This document shows positions 61,035 to 64,000 of a DNA stretch of 64,000 nt, one piece after another; positions within the stretch are counted from its first letter, which is position 1; the number at the start of each line of letters is the position of its first letter. Source of the stretch: an uncultured Planctomycetia bacterium (GTDB lineage Bacteria; Omnitrophota; Gorgyraeia; 2-01-FULL-45-10); contig CAYVCD010000001.1 in NCBI GenBank assembly GCA_964450115.1, forward strand, positions 8,410 to 72,409, written 5' to 3'. The notes beneath the pieces were generated by a model. That model worked only from the letters and a program-made list of their open reading frames with translations, did not search any database and was not told the DNA's origin. The translations under genes and the position numbers were made by a program.

Positions 61035-61655
61035 ATGCAAAATCATAGAGAGCTCCTGAAAGAATACAAAGCAAAAAAAAGCCCAATAAGAGAGAGGCTG
61101 CGAGAATTTAAAAAGGTGGGCTGTGGCAGCGACAAAGATATATTCACTGAGCTATGCTTCTGCATATTGACGCCCCAATCGAATGCCCGTCAATGTGATA
61201 AGGCCATTCGTGAGCTTAAGAAGAAAGGGTTGCTTTTTAAGGCTCCTGCTGGCGCGATAAGACCCGTCTTAAAGGGCAGGTCGAGATTTCATAATAAGAA
61301 GGCCGAATATCTGGTGAACGCGCGCCGGTCTTTTGACAGGAGCATCCTCTCATCCGGAAAGATCCTCGATGTTCGTAAAAAGATAGTGGAGAATATAAAG
61401 GGTATCGGATATAAAGAGGCCAGCCACTTTTTAAGGAATATCGGTCTTGGCAAGGATATCGCGATACTCGACAGGCATATACTTAGGAATTTGAAGAGAT
61501 ACGGCGCGATAAAGAGAGTGCCGGCATCCATCTCCGTGAAGTCTTACCTCGATATAGAGGAGAGGGCGCGCATTTTCGCCAGATCTATTGGCCTGGGGCT
61601 CGAGGAGCTGGACCTCTTATTCTGGTCACGGGAGACCGGTGAGATATTCAAGTGA
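61035..61655 (+). CDS. ogg: 8-oxoguanine N-glycosylase/AP lyase (Ogg2 type)
   Basis: ELCFCILT, RF.NKKA, KGIGYKEASHFLRN.G, AILDRHIL, LDL..W..TG. Confidence 0.92.
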   Translation: MQNHRELLKEYKAKKSPIRERLREFKKVGCGSDKDIFTELCFCILTPQSNARQCDKAIRELKKKGLLFKAPAGAIRPVLKGRSRFHNKKAEYLVNARRSFDRSILSSGKILDVRKKIVENIKGIGYKEASHFLRNIGLGKDIAILDRHILRNLKRYGAIKRVPASISVKSYLDIEERARIFARSIGLGLEELDLLFWSRETGEIFK

Positions 61656-61673
61656 TGTTTGAATAGAATATTC

Positions 61674-61703
61674 TTGACAGGAAATCCGATAAGGGATTAT
61701 AAT
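61674..61703 (+). promoter_or_regulatory. Sigma70 promoter
   Basis: TTGACA-18nt-TATAAT; GGAGG RBS downstream. Confidence 0.65.
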
Positions 61704-61742
61704 TCGGAATTGGTAATTACAAACGAAAAAAAGGAGGAGTAG

Positions 61743-62207
61743 ATGAAGAGAAGCACGATGTTGGTTTTTGCAGTTGCTTTAACGGTAATGTCGCTTGCCG
61801 TGGTCGGCTGTAAAGGTAAAGTCGACAAGGAAGCCGAGATGGCCAGGCTTGAGACGACCGAAGCGATGACCCCAGTAGAGGATGTTGTAGTTACGCAGTC
61901 GCCGGTGACAGAATCTTCGTCAACACAAGCCATAAGCCAGGAGACTATCCCTCCGACAGCGGCGGTCCCCCCGGTGGTCGATACTATGACGGCGTCGGGA
62001 CTTGATAAGCTATCCAAGAACAAAGATATACAGACAGCTCTTAAGGCCGCCAACTTTTATACCGGCACTATCGACGGCAAGATAGGCCCGAAAACGAAGA
62101 GAGCAATAGTGGAGTTCCAGAAAGCAAAAGGCTTGAAGCCGGACGGAAGGGTCGGCCCGAAGACCTGGGCGGAGCTCGAAAAATACTTAACTACTCAGCA
62201 GCAGTAG
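61743..62207 (+). CDS. Lipoprotein with a peptidoglycan-binding domain
   Basis: Lipobox VVG-C; IQ.AL...Y.G.IDG.IGP.T..A..FQ...L..DG.VG..TW. Confidence 0.88.
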   Translation: MKRSTMLVFAVALTVMSLAVVGCKGKVDKEAEMARLETTEAMTPVEDVVVTQSPVTESSSTQAISQETIPPTAAVPPVVDTMTASGLDKLSKNKDIQTALKAANFYTGTIDGKIGPKTKRAIVEFQKAKGLKPDGRVGPKTWAELEKYLTTQQQ

Positions 62208-62258
62208 AACCCTTCGACAAAAGCTCAGGGTTCTATCCCGAGCTAAGTCGAGGGATAG
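62205..62258. repeat. CTTCGAC..GCTCAGG-type palindromic repeat (two hairpins)
   Basis: tagaaccct/agggttcta and ctatccc/gggatag stems with mutually complementary loops. Confidence 0.7.
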
Positions 62259-62277
62259 CAAGGGGGAGTATATCTTT

Positions 62278-62637
62278 ATGAAATTATTGAAGTTAACATC
62301 ACTCGTCGTTCTTATAGCGGTCCTTTCGCTTTCGCTCACAGGATGCGGTGTCTCCAAGAATAAGTACGAGGCGCTTCTTAACGAGAAGATGGCGCTTGAG
62401 GAGAAGGTGAATCTGCTGATCAGGTCTAGAGACGCCTTAAGAAGCGAATACGAGAGCCTCTTAAAAGATAAGATGGACCTGGCATCAAAGGTAGAGACCC
62501 TAACCAATGAGAAGAGCGCGCTTAAGGGTGAATATGACAAGATCCTTGATGAGAAGGTCACCTTGAAGGCAGCCTATGATAAGGTATCTCAGGCCCAAGA
62601 GATCAAAGCGGCGCCGGCCAAGGTTGTAAAAAAATAG
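62278..62637 (+). CDS. Coiled-coil lipoprotein
   Basis: Lipobox LTG-C; repeated YE.LL.EK..L units. Confidence 0.8.
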   Translation: MKLLKLTSLVVLIAVLSLSLTGCGVSKNKYEALLNEKMALEEKVNLLIRSRDALRSEYESLLKDKMDLASKVETLTNEKSALKGEYDKILDEKVTLKAAYDKVSQAQEIKAAPAKVVKK

Positions 62638-62707
62638 ATACGCATAACGTTGACATTACTATTGTGTTTATGTTAACATCTATTAGTAACGCTCAAGGAG
62701 GTGTGGA

Positions 62708-63172
62708 ATGAAGAGATATTTTGTTTGCATATTGGTTATCCTTGCAGTAATGGTTCTGCCGGCCATGTCGGCATTTTCTCAAGGCCCCGAGGCTCCCGGC
62801 AAAGACGACACAGCTCCGGCTCCCGCAGCGCAAGTAGTAGCGGTTCAAGCCCCTCCGGCTGCCCCTGCCGAACCGGCTGCTAAAACAAGCGAACTTTCCA
62901 TTTATGGTGAAGTTCAGGCAGTAAACGCACCCGCTTCCTCTATTTCGGTACAGTATTACGACTACGACAACGACGAAGAGAAGACGCTGGAAGTATCGCT
63001 CGATAAAGATTCTCGGCTGGAAAACGTAAAAGCGATCGGCGAAGTGAAGAAGGGCGATTGGGTGGATGTTACTTACACCGTGACCGGCGGCAAGAATATG
63101 GCTAAGATGGTTAGCGTTGAGGTCGAAGAGCCAGCCGCGGAAGAGAATGCTCCGGTAGAAACTGCTGAATAG
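62708..63172 (+). CDS. Exported hypothetical protein (Pro/Ala linker + small beta domain)
   Basis: Signal peptide; GGAGG RBS; GEV..V...KKGD.V.V.Y pattern. Confidence 0.72.
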   Translation: MKRYFVCILVILAVMVLPAMSAFSQGPEAPGKDDTAPAPAAQVVAVQAPPAAPAEPAAKTSELSIYGEVQAVNAPASSISVQYYDYDNDEEKTLEVSLDKDSRLENVKAIGEVKKGDWVDVTYTVTGGKNMAKMVSVEVEEPAAEENAPVETAE

Positions 63173-63192
63173 CAGCAACATAAGGAGTCCGC

Positions 63193-63999
63193 TTGCGTAC
63201 AAAAGAGATGAGGCGATTTAATTTTCCTCAAGGCTACGGCGATCAAAAGATCGTCATATTGGTGCGCGATCCGTGGTGGATATTTGCCTACTGGGAGATA
63301 CGCCCGGAAAGAGAAAAAGAGATAATAGGCAAGATAAAGTCGGACGGCGATTTGCCGGTCAAGACGATCCTGCGTGTATACGACGTAACTGATATAAATT
63401 TCAACGGAAAGAACGCCCACTCCTATTTCGACATAGAATTAAAAGGCCTCGCCAGCACCTGGTATATCAACGTAGGCTCTCCGGATAAATCCTGGATAGT
63501 AGATATAGGCATAGTCACTAAAAAAGGTTCCTTCTATCTCCTCGCCAGATCCAATACTATAAAGACCCCCAGATACGGTATGTCCGATAAGCTGGATACC
63601 GAATGGATGATGCCTGAAGACGACTACTGGAAGATGTTCGGTCTCTCCGGAGGGTTCGGTGTGGGCAAGGGTTCTTTGGAAGTGAGAGAGATGGTGAAGA
63701 AGAGGCTCGAGGAGCAGATCACCTCCGCTCAAATATCGAGCGGCGCCTCGTTTTACAGAAAGTTGCAGGAGAGGTCGTTCTGGTTGGTCGTCAATACGGA
63801 GCTGATAGTATACGGGGCGACCGAGCCCGACGCTAAACTTACCGTGCAGGGCAAGGAGATAAAGTTACAGCCGGACGGAACGTTCACATTAAGGTTCGCT
63901 TTGCCGGACGGAAAGCAGGTCATACCGGTCGAAGCTACCTCCTCGGATGGTATTGACCGCCGTAAGATCACGCCTATAGTTACGAGAAAGACGGAATAG
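63193..63999 (+). CDS. DUF4912-like protein
   Basis: P..YG...I..LVRDP.W.FAYWE, LARSN...TP, FWLVV..ELIVYGATEP. Confidence 0.8.
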   Translation: MRTKEMRRFNFPQGYGDQKIVILVRDPWWIFAYWEIRPEREKEIIGKIKSDGDLPVKTILRVYDVTDINFNGKNAHSYFDIELKGLASTWYINVGSPDKSWIVDIGIVTKKGSFYLLARSNTIKTPRYGMSDKLDTEWMMPEDDYWKMFGLSGGFGVGKGSLEVREMVKKRLEEQITSAQISSGASFYRKLQERSFWLVVNTELIVYGATEPDAKLTVQGKEIKLQPDGTFTLRFALPDGKQVIPVEATSSDGIDRRKITPIVTRKTE

Positions 64000-64000
64000 C

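Overview
A bacterial genomic window in which every credible gene is on the + strand. Gene content and repeat style suggest an anaerobic, Omnitrophota-like organism (inference). 1-8.9 kb: housekeeping genes (RND transporter end, greA, rlmD, aspartic protease, thioesterase, macrodomain-Nudix fusion, Ski2-like helicase, OmpA-LysM, PTS IIA) interleaved with 200-620 nt multibranched palindromic elements whose terminal stems covary. 9.7-44.9 kb is one large secretion locus. It opens with duplicated MerR-HTH and secretin genes, ExeA, a GspC-like gene and TPR proteins. A c-di-GMP-I riboswitch with a hairpin insertion follows, then a membrane-anchored REP-type HUH tyrosine transposase fusion, a 4250-aa Kelch/LamG/Ig surface protein and a zinc peptidase. 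An F-type ATPase set (epsilon, c, b-delta, alpha, gamma, beta) with no subunit a overlaps directly into gspE, followed by gspF-L-M-I-J-K-G. After this come trpB2, two large paralogues with a shared HIQDAH...GGFH N-terminal domain and unrelated C-termini, and an Rrf2-led oxidative/nitrosative stress cluster (hcp, rubredoxin, FprA, Dps-like, SOR, Grx, TrxR, Ogg). The best candidate for an undescribed system is the riboswitch, tethered HUH enzyme, giant adhesin, a-less rotary ATPase and T2SS unit. All calls are by eye; no searches or folding programs were run.
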